NCBI GenBank assembly: GCA_041908445.1
Contig: JAYRFK010000008.1
Span: 90,583-154,582 of the forward strand
Source: Acidimicrobiales bacterium
GTDB lineage: Bacteria > Actinomycetota > Acidimicrobiia > Acidimicrobiales > DATDAH01
DNA: 64,000 nt
Direction: 5' to 3'
The notes under the pieces are model-generated. The model saw nothing but the letters and a program-made list of their open reading frames with translations. It was not told the DNA's origin and did not search any database. This document shows positions 44,306-52,323 of this stretch, piece after piece. Within the stretch, counting starts at the first letter, position 1, and each line of letters starts with the position of its first letter. The position numbers were made by a program, and so were the translations under genes.

Positions 44306-45193
44306 TCAGGTGCCGTGGGGCCCGAGTTGGGCCACGCCGCACACCACGTCGGCGTTGATGCAGTACCGGACGTCGGTGGCCAGGGCGTCGGGGTTCCACG
44401 CGTTGAAGAAGTCGGCGTGGGCGGTGAAGGTCTCGCCCGAGGCCAGGCGCAGGTCCGAGGCGTCGCCGTGGAACGGGTACTCGATGATGAACTCGAGCTG
44501 GGGGACGGCGACCGGGTGGCTGTCCGGGCAGCCGTCGGCGTCGCTGTAGGCCATGTGGGCGGTGTGGTCGACGGGGTCGTCGAGGTGCTCGCCGTCCCAG
44601 CAGTCCGGGTACGTGATGCGCACCCGGAGCGGGGAGCCCTCGCCGCAGTCGGGCGGCGCCGCGTGGCGACGGGGGTTGAAGCCACAGGACCAGCCGACGA
44701 TGGCGGTGTCCTGCTCCCCGGTGGCGAACTGGTCGCCGCCGAGCATCTTCAGGCCGAGTGGGAACGGGACCACCGTGGTCGGGTCCACGCCCGGGGCGGC
44801 GCGGTAGTAGGCGTTCGAGCCGCTCGGCTCGATCCGGCGGTCACCGTCGTACAGGGCGGGCGCCCAGTAGCTGGCCCGGTCCTCCTTGTTGCGACAGGTC
44901 GTGTCGGCGTCCACCAGGTCGTCCACGGTGGTGTCGGCGTCGACGCCCGTGGCACCGAAGAACTCGTGCAGGTGCGACATGCCCGGCATGCCGGGGTGCA
45001 CGATCGGGTCCACCGGTGCGGCGTTCGACCACGCGCACTCCACCACGAAGCGTCCGTCGTGGGGCTCGGCGGCGACGGTGCCGCCGCTGCCGCCGTCGGA
45101 GGTGGAGGAGGTGCGCCGCACCGCGACCGCGGCCGCCACCGCCACGAGGGCGATGACGGCCGCGGCCAGCACGACGGTGCGGCGACGGGTCAA
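44306..45193 (-). CDS. Membrane-anchored DUF1996-domain protein
   Basis: TTG 45193 forms a TTGA overlap with the upstream stop. A TM anchor (VVLAAAVIALVAVAAAVAV) is present. The hallmark sequence is VDPIVHPGMPGMSHLHEFFG, and there are several conserved-looking Cys/His residues. Confidence 0.7.
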   Translation of the reverse strand: MTRRRTVVLAAAVIALVAVAAAVAVRRTSSTSDGGSGGTVAAEPHDGRFVVECAWSNAAPVDPIVHPGMPGMSHLHEFFGATGVDADTTVDDLVDADTTCRNKEDRASYWAPALYDGDRRIEPSGSNAYYRAAPGVDPTTVVPFPLGLKMLGGDQFATGEQDTAIVGWSCGFNPRRHAAPPDCGEGSPLRVRITYPDCWDGEHLDDPVDHTAHMAYSDADGCPDSHPVAVPQLEFIIEYPFHGDASDLRLASGETFTAHADFFNAWNPDALATDVRYCINADVVCGVAQLGPHGT

Positions 45194-46575
45194 TCCGTCG
45201 GCGCCGGCGGCACCTGGATGGCGTCGACGTCGATCTCCTCGGTCGGGCCGCGGGCGGGCTCGGTCGGGGCGGTCGCCGCGTCGGGCATGTTCTCGAGGTC
45301 GCCGGGGTCGGGCAGCTCGACGGTCTGGAAGTCCGCCGGCTCGGCCTGGTTCTCGTCGAGCAGGGCGATGAGGGCCGCCGACTCGGCGTTCACCACGCCG
45401 AAGGGACCGCCACACGGGGCGATCTGCTCGAGGTCGGCGGGGCTGAACACCGCGGCGTCGTTGTCGGCGAAGCAGTTCTCCTTGTCCTCCGCCTCGACGC
45501 TCATGATGTCCCAGCCGCCGTTGGCGTCGTTGCCCTGGGCCACGTTGCCCACGACCTGGTTCCGGTGGGCGTGCCACACCAGCGGGTTGGGCAGCTGCGC
45601 GATCTCCTCGTCGCTGACGGGCACGGAGTCCTCGACGCAGTTCGGGTCGGGCTCGTCGATCAGCGGCCCGATCGGATCCGACTCGGGGGTCGGGGCCACG
45701 AGGATGCCGGCGACGGGGTTGTTGTCGACGCGGTTGCGCTCGACGATGTTGTCGTTCGTGCCGGTGAGGATGACGCCCACGCCCGGGAACTCGGCGGCGA
45801 CGGCGATGGCGCTGGTCTCGAGGTTGCCGTTGTCCGAGGCGATGTTGCCCACGATGGTGTTGCGCACCGGCGGCGCGCAGCCCTCGTAGCTGCCCGCGTT
45901 GGGCACGATGCCCGAGCGGTTGTGGCGGAACACCGAGTTCACGATGGTGACGTTCGTCGAGTTCGTGCCCGAGTAGCCGAGCCCGTTCCACTCCGAGGTG
46001 AAGTCGTCGATGACCGCGTTGCAGTCACCGCACTGGCCGATGTAGATGCCGGCGTCGGGGCTGCCCGAGCCGTAGGAGTGCTCGAACACGCCGTTCACAG
46101 AGCCGTACGCGTACACGCCGTAGTCGCCGTTGCGGATGGCGGTGAGGTACGAGCCGCGGTAGCCGTCGACCCCCGTCCAGAAGAAGCCGTTGCCGGTGTA
46201 GTTCTGGGCGGTCATGTTCTCGACGACCACGCCGTCGGTCTCGAGGATGCGCACGCCGTTCTCGAGCTCGAAGTTGCCCTCGAGGATCACGTTGTTGCGG
46301 TCGATGCCGCGCAGCGTGATGTCGGGGCAGGTCACGTTGACGGCTTCCTCGTAGGTGCCCTCGGCGATCAGGACGAGCGCCCCCGGGGCCGCGGCGTCGG
46401 CGGCGGCCTGGATGGTGTCGTAGTCGTCGGGCACGTTGAGGGTGCCCTCCTGGTCACAGGTCGGTGCCGTCGGCGCCGTGCTCGCGCTCTCGTCGTCGCC
46501 GCCGTCGCTGCTACAGGCCGCGACGACGAACACGACGGCGAGCAGCACGGCGAGGAGCCGCTTCGTGGTGGTCAT
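45190..46575 (-). CDS. Lipoprotein with right-handed parallel beta-helix repeats (NosD-like / pectin-lyase fold)
   Basis: The lipobox is LLAVVFVVAACSS. Repeated coils are seen: VVENMTAQNYTGNGFFW, IRNGDYGVYAY, VFRHNRSGIVPN, IVGNIASDNGN, IVERNRVDNNPVAGILV and VVGNVAQGNDANGGWDI. Confidence 0.75.
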   Translation of the reverse strand: MTTTKRLLAVLLAVVFVVAACSSDGGDDESASTAPTAPTCDQEGTLNVPDDYDTIQAAADAAAPGALVLIAEGTYEEAVNVTCPDITLRGIDRNNVILEGNFELENGVRILETDGVVVENMTAQNYTGNGFFWTGVDGYRGSYLTAIRNGDYGVYAYGSVNGVFEHSYGSGSPDAGIYIGQCGDCNAVIDDFTSEWNGLGYSGTNSTNVTIVNSVFRHNRSGIVPNAGSYEGCAPPVRNTIVGNIASDNGNLETSAIAVAAEFPGVGVILTGTNDNIVERNRVDNNPVAGILVAPTPESDPIGPLIDEPDPNCVEDSVPVSDEEIAQLPNPLVWHAHRNQVVGNVAQGNDANGGWDIMSVEAEDKENCFADNDAAVFSPADLEQIAPCGGPFGVVNAESAALIALLDENQAEPADFQTVELPDPGDLENMPDAATAPTEPARGPTEEIDVDAIQVPPAPTD

Positions 46576-46606
46576 GGTGGTGGTGTCTCCCCCTGGGTGT
46601 GGTCCG

Positions 46607-46999
46607 TCAGCCTTCGACGGTGATGGTGCCGATCATGCCCGCGGTGGCGGTGCCGTGGATCGAGCAGTAGAAGCCGTAGGTGCCGGGCTCGTCGAAGGCG
46701 ATGGGCGCCACCTCGGTCCCCGGCTTGAAGTCCTCGACCGTGATCTCCCAGTCCTGGTCCGGGTCGGCGGGGATCACGTTGTGGTCGTTGCGGCCCCGGT
46801 TGGTGAACACGATCTCGGTGCCGGCCTGCACGGTGATCTCCTCGGGCGCGAACGAGTTGTCGAGGGCATCCACGTTCTCGGTGACGCCCTCCACGAGCTC
46901 GACGTCGTCGCCGCTGCTCCCGCAGGCGGTCAGGCCGAGGCCACCGACGACCAGGGTGAGGGCGAGGCCGGCGACGATCCGGCGGCGGGGTGCGGGCAT
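46607..46999 (-). CDS. Lipoprotein cupredoxin (plastocyanin/azurin-like type-1 copper protein)
   Basis: The lipobox is GGLGLTACGSS. The candidate Cu ligands are the His in NRGRNDHNV and C-x2-H-x6-M in YGFYCSIHGTATAGM. The protein ends TITVEG. Confidence 0.8.
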   Translation of the reverse strand: MPAPRRRIVAGLALTLVVGGLGLTACGSSGDDVELVEGVTENVDALDNSFAPEEITVQAGTEIVFTNRGRNDHNVIPADPDQDWEITVEDFKPGTEVAPIAFDEPGTYGFYCSIHGTATAGMIGTITVEG

Positions 47000-47084
47000 G
47001 GTGGTGGGTCCTTCCGAGGACAGGTCTACCGAGCGAGAGGTCGGCGAGCCAAGGTAGTCGACGGGTCACCGCGGCCCGGCCCGC

Positions 47085-48617
47085 TCAGTTCCCCCGGACC
47101 GCACCGTCGAGCATGGGCGGGCGGTTCGGCCAGGTGTGGAAGGTGCGGCGGTGGCGGGCCATGGCCGTCTGGATCAGCTCGATGTAGACGAGCTTGCGGA
47201 TCAGGTAGCTGTGCTGCTCCTTGGGGTCCAGGTAGAGGTTGAACATCTTCCCGTAGCCGTACTGCTGCATCACGCCGCTGAAGCCGCCCGAGTTCACGAC
47301 GTCGGTGTCGTCGTCCGAGATGGACGCGATCATGTACTTGTACTCCGCGACCCGGATGGCCGAGAAGGTGGCGGTGAGCCAGTAGTAGTGGAACTTGCGG
47401 TTCGAGTGGGCGTCGTCGCCGAGCAGGAACGACGTCTGGTCGATCGAGTCGATGAACCGGTCGTCGGGCACGGCATCGTCCGCTCCGGCGAGGTGCAGCA
47501 GCGTCGCGAAGAGGTCGAGCTGGTCGAAGAGCCCGTCGGACGCGCGCCCCTCGATCATCCCGGGCCACGAGAAGATCCCCGGCACGCGGACGCCCCCCTC
47601 CCAGGTCGAGCCCTTGGCGCAGCGGAACGGGGTGTAGGCGGCGTCGGGCCAGGTCTCCATCTCCGGGCCGTTGTCGGAGGAGATGAAGACCAGGGTGTTG
47701 TCGGCCTGGCCCGTCTCCTCGAGGGTGCGCACCAGCCGCCCCACGATGTCGTCGAGCTCGACGAGGGTGTCCTTGTACGGGTGCTTGGCCGGTGACGACC
47801 CCTGGAAGCGCTCGAGGGGGTAGTTGTCGAAGTGGGCGCCGCGGGTGCAGTGGTAGAGGAACCACGGCCGCTCGTCGCCGGCCATGCGCTTGATGAAGTC
47901 CTCGGAGTAGGTGGCCCACCGGTCGTCGAGGGTCGACAGGACCGGGATGGTGACCTCCTCGACGTTCTCGGGGTCGCCCCCCTTGGTGGCGTGCACCCAG
48001 CACTTGTTGAAGCGCTCGTTGCGGATCCACTCGGTGCGCTCGTCGCTGTAGACGACCTCGGGGAAGAAGTACGGGTCGCGCCACTCGGTGTACATGTCCG
48101 AGACGCTGAGGAACCCGTAGAAGTCGTCGAAGCCGACGTGCTGGGGCTGGCTGGCGAGGTTCTCGCCCATGTGCCACTTGCCCACGGCCTGGGTGACGTA
48201 CCCGGCCCGGCTCAGCAGGTCGGCGAGCACGACCTCGCCCTCGAGGCCGCCGGGCATGCCGTACATCGGCGGGATGAGCAGGCCGTGGCGCATGGGGTGG
48301 CGGCCCGTCATGATCGACGCCCGTGACGGGGTGCAGGACGGCTCGGAGTAGCACGAGGTGAGCAGCAGGCCGTCGCGGGCGAGGCGGTCGATGTGCGGGG
48401 TGGGGGCGCCCGCCATGACGCCGCCGCCGTAGCAACCGAAGTCACCCCAGCCGACGTCGTCCATCAACACGACGAGGACGTTCGGCTTCTTGCCGGTGCG
48501 CGCCTCGAGGGTGGCGAGCTTGTCCGCGACCGCCGCCTCCTGGTCCGGGTGGACGAACCGGGGCTCGCGGTTGTCGGCGACGTGGGTCGTCGGCGCGCTG
48601 ATCAGGTCGTGGGCCAT
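47085..48617 (-). CDS. Cys-type arylsulfatase family protein with no recognisable signal peptide
   Basis: RBS GAGGGGGAA before ATG 48617. NVLVVLMDDVGWGD and the formylglycine motif SCTPSRASIMTGR are present. Confidence 0.85.
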   Translation of the reverse strand: MAHDLISAPTTHVADNREPRFVHPDQEAAVADKLATLEARTGKKPNVLVVLMDDVGWGDFGCYGGGVMAGAPTPHIDRLARDGLLLTSCYSEPSCTPSRASIMTGRHPMRHGLLIPPMYGMPGGLEGEVVLADLLSRAGYVTQAVGKWHMGENLASQPQHVGFDDFYGFLSVSDMYTEWRDPYFFPEVVYSDERTEWIRNERFNKCWVHATKGGDPENVEEVTIPVLSTLDDRWATYSEDFIKRMAGDERPWFLYHCTRGAHFDNYPLERFQGSSPAKHPYKDTLVELDDIVGRLVRTLEETGQADNTLVFISSDNGPEMETWPDAAYTPFRCAKGSTWEGGVRVPGIFSWPGMIEGRASDGLFDQLDLFATLLHLAGADDAVPDDRFIDSIDQTSFLLGDDAHSNRKFHYYWLTATFSAIRVAEYKYMIASISDDDTDVVNSGGFSGVMQQYGYGKMFNLYLDPKEQHSYLIRKLVYIELIQTAMARHRRTFHTWPNRPPMLDGAVRGN

Positions 48618-48825
48618 GGTTCCCCCTCGGTGGTCCCCGGACCGCAACGGTCTAGCCGATCGGGCACGGGGCGCCGGGCGGCCGCCCGGCGCCGGTGGCG
48701 GGCGATTCCGAGAAATGGGCCGTTCGCCCTATCACATCGCTGTACGGACCTGTCGATACAAGTTCTTGTCAGAACACGGGTCCAGCAGGATCTCGTGCCC
48801 GAAAGACAGACACGGAGACAAACCG

Positions 48826-49014
48826 ATGATCCTCACCTACGAGTTCCTCGCCAACTGGATGCGGGCCCGCTTCGCCGACAGCGAGCGTGGCGCCTCCCTC
48901 GTGGAGTACGCCCTGCTGGTCGCCCTCATCGCGGTGGTCTGCATCGCCGCCGTGACCCTGCTCGGCCGCAACGCCAGCACCAAGTTCAGCAACGTCGGCT
49001 CCTCGATCAGCTGA
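48826..49014 (+). CDS. flp: Flp/Fap-family type IVb pilin subunit
   Basis: 62 aa, with GGAG 8 nt upstream of the ATG. The Flp motif ERG|ASLVEYALLVALIAVV has a G/xxxxEY processing site followed by a hydrophobic helix. Confidence 0.8.
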   Translation: MILTYEFLANWMRARFADSERGASLVEYALLVALIAVVCIAAVTLLGRNASTKFSNVGSSIS

Positions 49015-49033
49015 TCGACCGCTCGACCTTGGC

Positions 49034-49065
49034 AAAGGGGGCGGGCCTTCGGGCCCGCCCCCTTT
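49034..49065. terminator. Bidirectional intrinsic terminator (14-bp perfect GC-rich stem, TTCG loop, flanking A/T runs)
   Basis: AAAGGGGGCGGGCC-TTCG-GGCCCGCCCCCTTT, read directly. It lies between the convergent flp gene (stop 49014) and the gene ending at 49123. Confidence 0.8.
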
Positions 49066-49122
49066 CCGCGTCCCGGCAGGGGCCCGCGCTGGCCCGGCCG
49101 GGACGACGGCCCTGCGGCTCGA

Positions 49123-50598
49123 TCAGGTGCGCTTGGCCTTCGCCCGCACCGTGTCGACCGCGGTCGGGTCGGCCACCGAGGTGACCGTCACGTCGGCGTT
49201 GTGGGCGGAGCCCCGCACCGACGTGGTCTTGGCCTTGACCTTGACCCGCAGCGTGGTGGTGGCACCGGGGGCCAGGTTCGCCGTGGTGTAGGTGCCGGCC
49301 ACGACGGCGCTGGTGATGTTGGTGCCGGCGGCGTCGAAGTAGGTCACCTTGTAGCCCGCGGCACCGGACTCGACGCCCCGCACCCGGAACGAGTCGGTGG
49401 CGTCCCCGTCGTTGCCGACCTGGACGTAGAAGCTCCGCGCCGCGCCGCGGGCCACGCCGCCCTTCACCGTCTGGCCGGTGGTGACCGCCGGCGCGTAGGT
49501 GCCGTCGAGCGAGAAGGGTCCGGCGGGGGCGGTGCCGACGGCGGCGTCGGCCACCCGGCGAGGTGCCACCGTGGTGCTCACCGCGTTGGTGGTCGCCGCC
49601 GGCGTCTCTGCGGTGTCCACCGCCGCGGACCGCGTGAACGTGCCGATGTCGGCGACGGTGGCGGTGCGGGTGCACGCGACGTGCGCGGTCGAGGCGAGGG
49701 CGATCGACGCGGGCGGGCTGGCGCAGGTGGCCCCCGGGACGGTGGCGGTGACAGCGGAGAGCGGCACGTCACCGGTGTTCTGGACGGCGATGTCGTAGTG
49801 GATGGTCTCGCCGACCTCCACCGAGGCCTCCGTGCGGCTGAGGCTCGCGCTCATCGCCGGCGTGGCGATCAGGGTCGAGACGATCACTTGGTTGGGGTCG
49901 GTGGGGATGCAGGGCGTGTTGGCGTCGTTCCAGTTGACGCTGAGCACGATCGGGATGCTCTTCGAGTACTTCACCACGGCGTTCAGGGTGGGCGCCTTCC
50001 AGTTGATCGAGCTGCCCTTCGCCCCGGTGACGACCGCGTCGACGTCCACGCTCGGGATGAAGTTCAACGGGGCGAAGACGCCCGGCGACGTCTCGACCTC
50101 GATGGTGGGTGGGGTCGCGTCCGGGTTGATGCGGATGTACGAGCCGGCCACCGCGCTCTGGATGTGGACCCGGATGTTGCCGCCCTCGCGCGCCACCGAC
50201 GCCCAGTTCGGCGCCGGGGTCAGGGTGGTGGTCACGGTGTTCCAGTTGATGCCGGCCGGCAGCGGCTGCCAGATGTCGACCTGCCTCACGTAGACGTAGC
50301 CGTAGGTCTGGCCGAGGGGCAGTGCCGGCCGGTTGCTCGTGAAGTCGGGGAAGGGGACGTCGAGGTCGAGGTGGGTCGTGCCGCCCTGGAGCACCGGGTC
50401 GGGCGTGTCCTGGACGGTCACGTCGAACGTGTCGGTGATGGTGTCGGGGATCTGGCCGGCGAGCGAGCCGGTGGCGCCGGCCGGCAGGTCGCACGTGTAC
50501 GAGACCGCCGTGGTGTCCGCCCCGGCGGGGGCGAGGCCCCCGAGCGCGAGGACCCCCACGAGTCCGATGGCCGACGCGACGGCGCGCAGCTTCTGCAT
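49123..50598 (-). CDS. Secreted adhesin-like protein with a DUF11-type repeat domain and a C-terminal domain shared with the PD40 protein
   Basis: The signal peptide is MQKLRAVASAIGLVGVLALGGLAPAGA. The DUF11-like segment is VEVGETIHYDIAVQNTGDVPLSAV. The last 141 aa align with the C-terminus of the 12767-14422 product. Confidence 0.8.
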   Translation of the reverse strand: MQKLRAVASAIGLVGVLALGGLAPAGADTTAVSYTCDLPAGATGSLAGQIPDTITDTFDVTVQDTPDPVLQGGTTHLDLDVPFPDFTSNRPALPLGQTYGYVYVRQVDIWQPLPAGINWNTVTTTLTPAPNWASVAREGGNIRVHIQSAVAGSYIRINPDATPPTIEVETSPGVFAPLNFIPSVDVDAVVTGAKGSSINWKAPTLNAVVKYSKSIPIVLSVNWNDANTPCIPTDPNQVIVSTLIATPAMSASLSRTEASVEVGETIHYDIAVQNTGDVPLSAVTATVPGATCASPPASIALASTAHVACTRTATVADIGTFTRSAAVDTAETPAATTNAVSTTVAPRRVADAAVGTAPAGPFSLDGTYAPAVTTGQTVKGGVARGAARSFYVQVGNDGDATDSFRVRGVESGAAGYKVTYFDAAGTNITSAVVAGTYTTANLAPGATTTLRVKVKAKTTSVRGSAHNADVTVTSVADPTAVDTVRAKAKRT

Positions 50599-50666
50599 CC
50601 CCTGCCCCTCTCTCGTTCCCGCTCCCGCACGTTCGTGAACGGTGTTCAGATACTAGACACCCGTGT

Positions 50667-52217
50667 CTACACGGGACCGACGAGCTGCTCCACCTCGAAC
50701 AGGTCGTTGAGGACGATGGTGCCGCCGCCGGCCTCGATCTCGGCCCGGGTGATCGGCGCCGGCTCGAACTCGCCCTCTTGGTCCTCCAGCGTGACCCGGT
50801 AGGCGTCGACCCCCTCGACCGGGGCGAACACGAGCGTGTAGCGGCAGGCGTCGAGGATCCCGCCGTCGACCTGCTCGCCGGCGGGGAAGGCGGTCGGGGG
50901 GACGAGCACGCGGCCGTCCGCGGTCTCGAGGCCGACGCTCGCCTCGGGGGCGATGCAGCCGGCGTCGCCGGTGAGCAGCTGCTCGAAGAAGTCGCCGAAG
51001 TCGTTGGCGTCGAGGGTGAGCTGCGCGGTCACGCTGATCGGCGGCGCGGTCGTGGTCGTCGTCGGGGGCACCGTGGTGGCCGGCGCGGCGGCGCTGGTGC
51101 CCGGACCGCCGTCGGCGGTGTCGGCGCCGTCGCCGCTCGACAGCAGCAGCGCGCCGGCGGCGCCGAGGAGCAGCGCGACGACCGCGACCGCCACGACCAC
51201 GGGCCAGACCCGCCGACCGGGTGGGGCGGGCGCCGGCTCGGGCGCCGGCGGGACCGCCGCCACCACGGGTTCGGGCGCCGGCGGGACGGGCGGCATCGGC
51301 GGGGTGGGGTCGGCGGCGGACGGCCAGCCCGTCGCGGGCATCACCCAGGTGTGCTCGATCAGGTGGGTGGTCTCCTCGACCAGCTCGTCGGTGGGGCTGG
51401 CCTCCTGGCCGCCCACCAGGCCGGCGAGCAGCGCCTTGGCCGTGGGCCGGCGGGCGGGGTCCTTGAGGAACGCGGCCTCGACGAAGGGCCGCACCTCCTG
51501 GGGGAGTCCCGCCAGGTCGGGCTCGCCCGACAGGATCCGGGCGGTCACCTCCTCGGGCCCGCCGAGGCCGAAGGGGGGCCGGCCCGTGCCGGCGTAGGCC
51601 ACGAGCGCGGCCCAGGTGAACACGTCGACCGCCGGGGTGGAGACCTCGCCGGCGGCCTGCTCCGGCGCCATCCAGCCCGCGGAGCCGATGACCGTGCCCA
51701 CGACGGTGAGGGGCAGGGACCCGGCCGCGGCGGCGATGCCGAAGTCGACGAGCTTGGGCTGGTCGGCGGCGAGGATCACGTTGCTCGGCTTGAGGTCGCG
51801 GTGGATGACCCCGACCTCGTGGATGAGCACCAGCGCCTCGGCCAGCGCGGCGGCGAGGGCCCGGAGGCGCTCGCCGCTCAGGGGCCCGTTCGCGGCCACG
51901 CTGTCGGCCAGGGTCGGGCCGTCCACGAACTCGACCACCAGGTAGGGCTGGGGCGCCTCGGTGTCGGCGGCGAGGAGCTGGGCGACGCGGGGGCCGGCGA
52001 CCCGGCGGAGCGCCTCGACCTCACGCCGGAAGCGCTCGCGGAAGGTGGCGTCGTGGGCGAGGTCGGCGCGCACCAGCTTCACCGCGACGGTGGTGCCGTC
52101 CGGGCCCTCGCCCAGGTACACCATCCCCATGCCGCCGGCGCCGAGCCGACCGGTCAGGACGTAGTCGCCGAGGCGCTGGGGGTCGCTCGGATCGAGGGGG
52201 GTGACCGCCACGGCCAC
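50667..52217 (-). CDS. Hanks-type Ser/Thr protein kinase with a TM helix and an uncharacterised extracellular C-terminal domain
   Basis: GRLGAGGMGMVY, VAVKLV, HRDLKPSNV, DFGIA and GWMAPE are present. A Pro-rich linker follows, then the TM helix VWPVVVAVAVVALLLGAAGALLL and a domain of about 170 aa. The start is GTG 52217 or 52211. Confidence 0.85.
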   Translation of the reverse strand: MAVAVTPLDPSDPQRLGDYVLTGRLGAGGMGMVYLGEGPDGTTVAVKLVRADLAHDATFRERFRREVEALRRVAGPRVAQLLAADTEAPQPYLVVEFVDGPTLADSVAANGPLSGERLRALAAALAEALVLIHEVGVIHRDLKPSNVILAADQPKLVDFGIAAAAGSLPLTVVGTVIGSAGWMAPEQAAGEVSTPAVDVFTWAALVAYAGTGRPPFGLGGPEEVTARILSGEPDLAGLPQEVRPFVEAAFLKDPARRPTAKALLAGLVGGQEASPTDELVEETTHLIEHTWVMPATGWPSAADPTPPMPPVPPAPEPVVAAVPPAPEPAPAPPGRRVWPVVVAVAVVALLLGAAGALLLSSGDGADTADGGPGTSAAAPATTVPPTTTTTAPPISVTAQLTLDANDFGDFFEQLLTGDAGCIAPEASVGLETADGRVLVPPTAFPAGEQVDGGILDACRYTLVFAPVEGVDAYRVTLEDQEGEFEPAPITRAEIEAGGGTIVLNDLFEVEQLVGPV

Positions 52218-52323
52218 AGTCTGCCCGCTCCGGTGGCCGCCGACCGCTCCCGTCGGGGCGGCTCGGGCGGGGTTCGGCCGCCCGGCGCTTTGCACGGACC
52301 CGGCGGGCGACCACACTGGGCGC

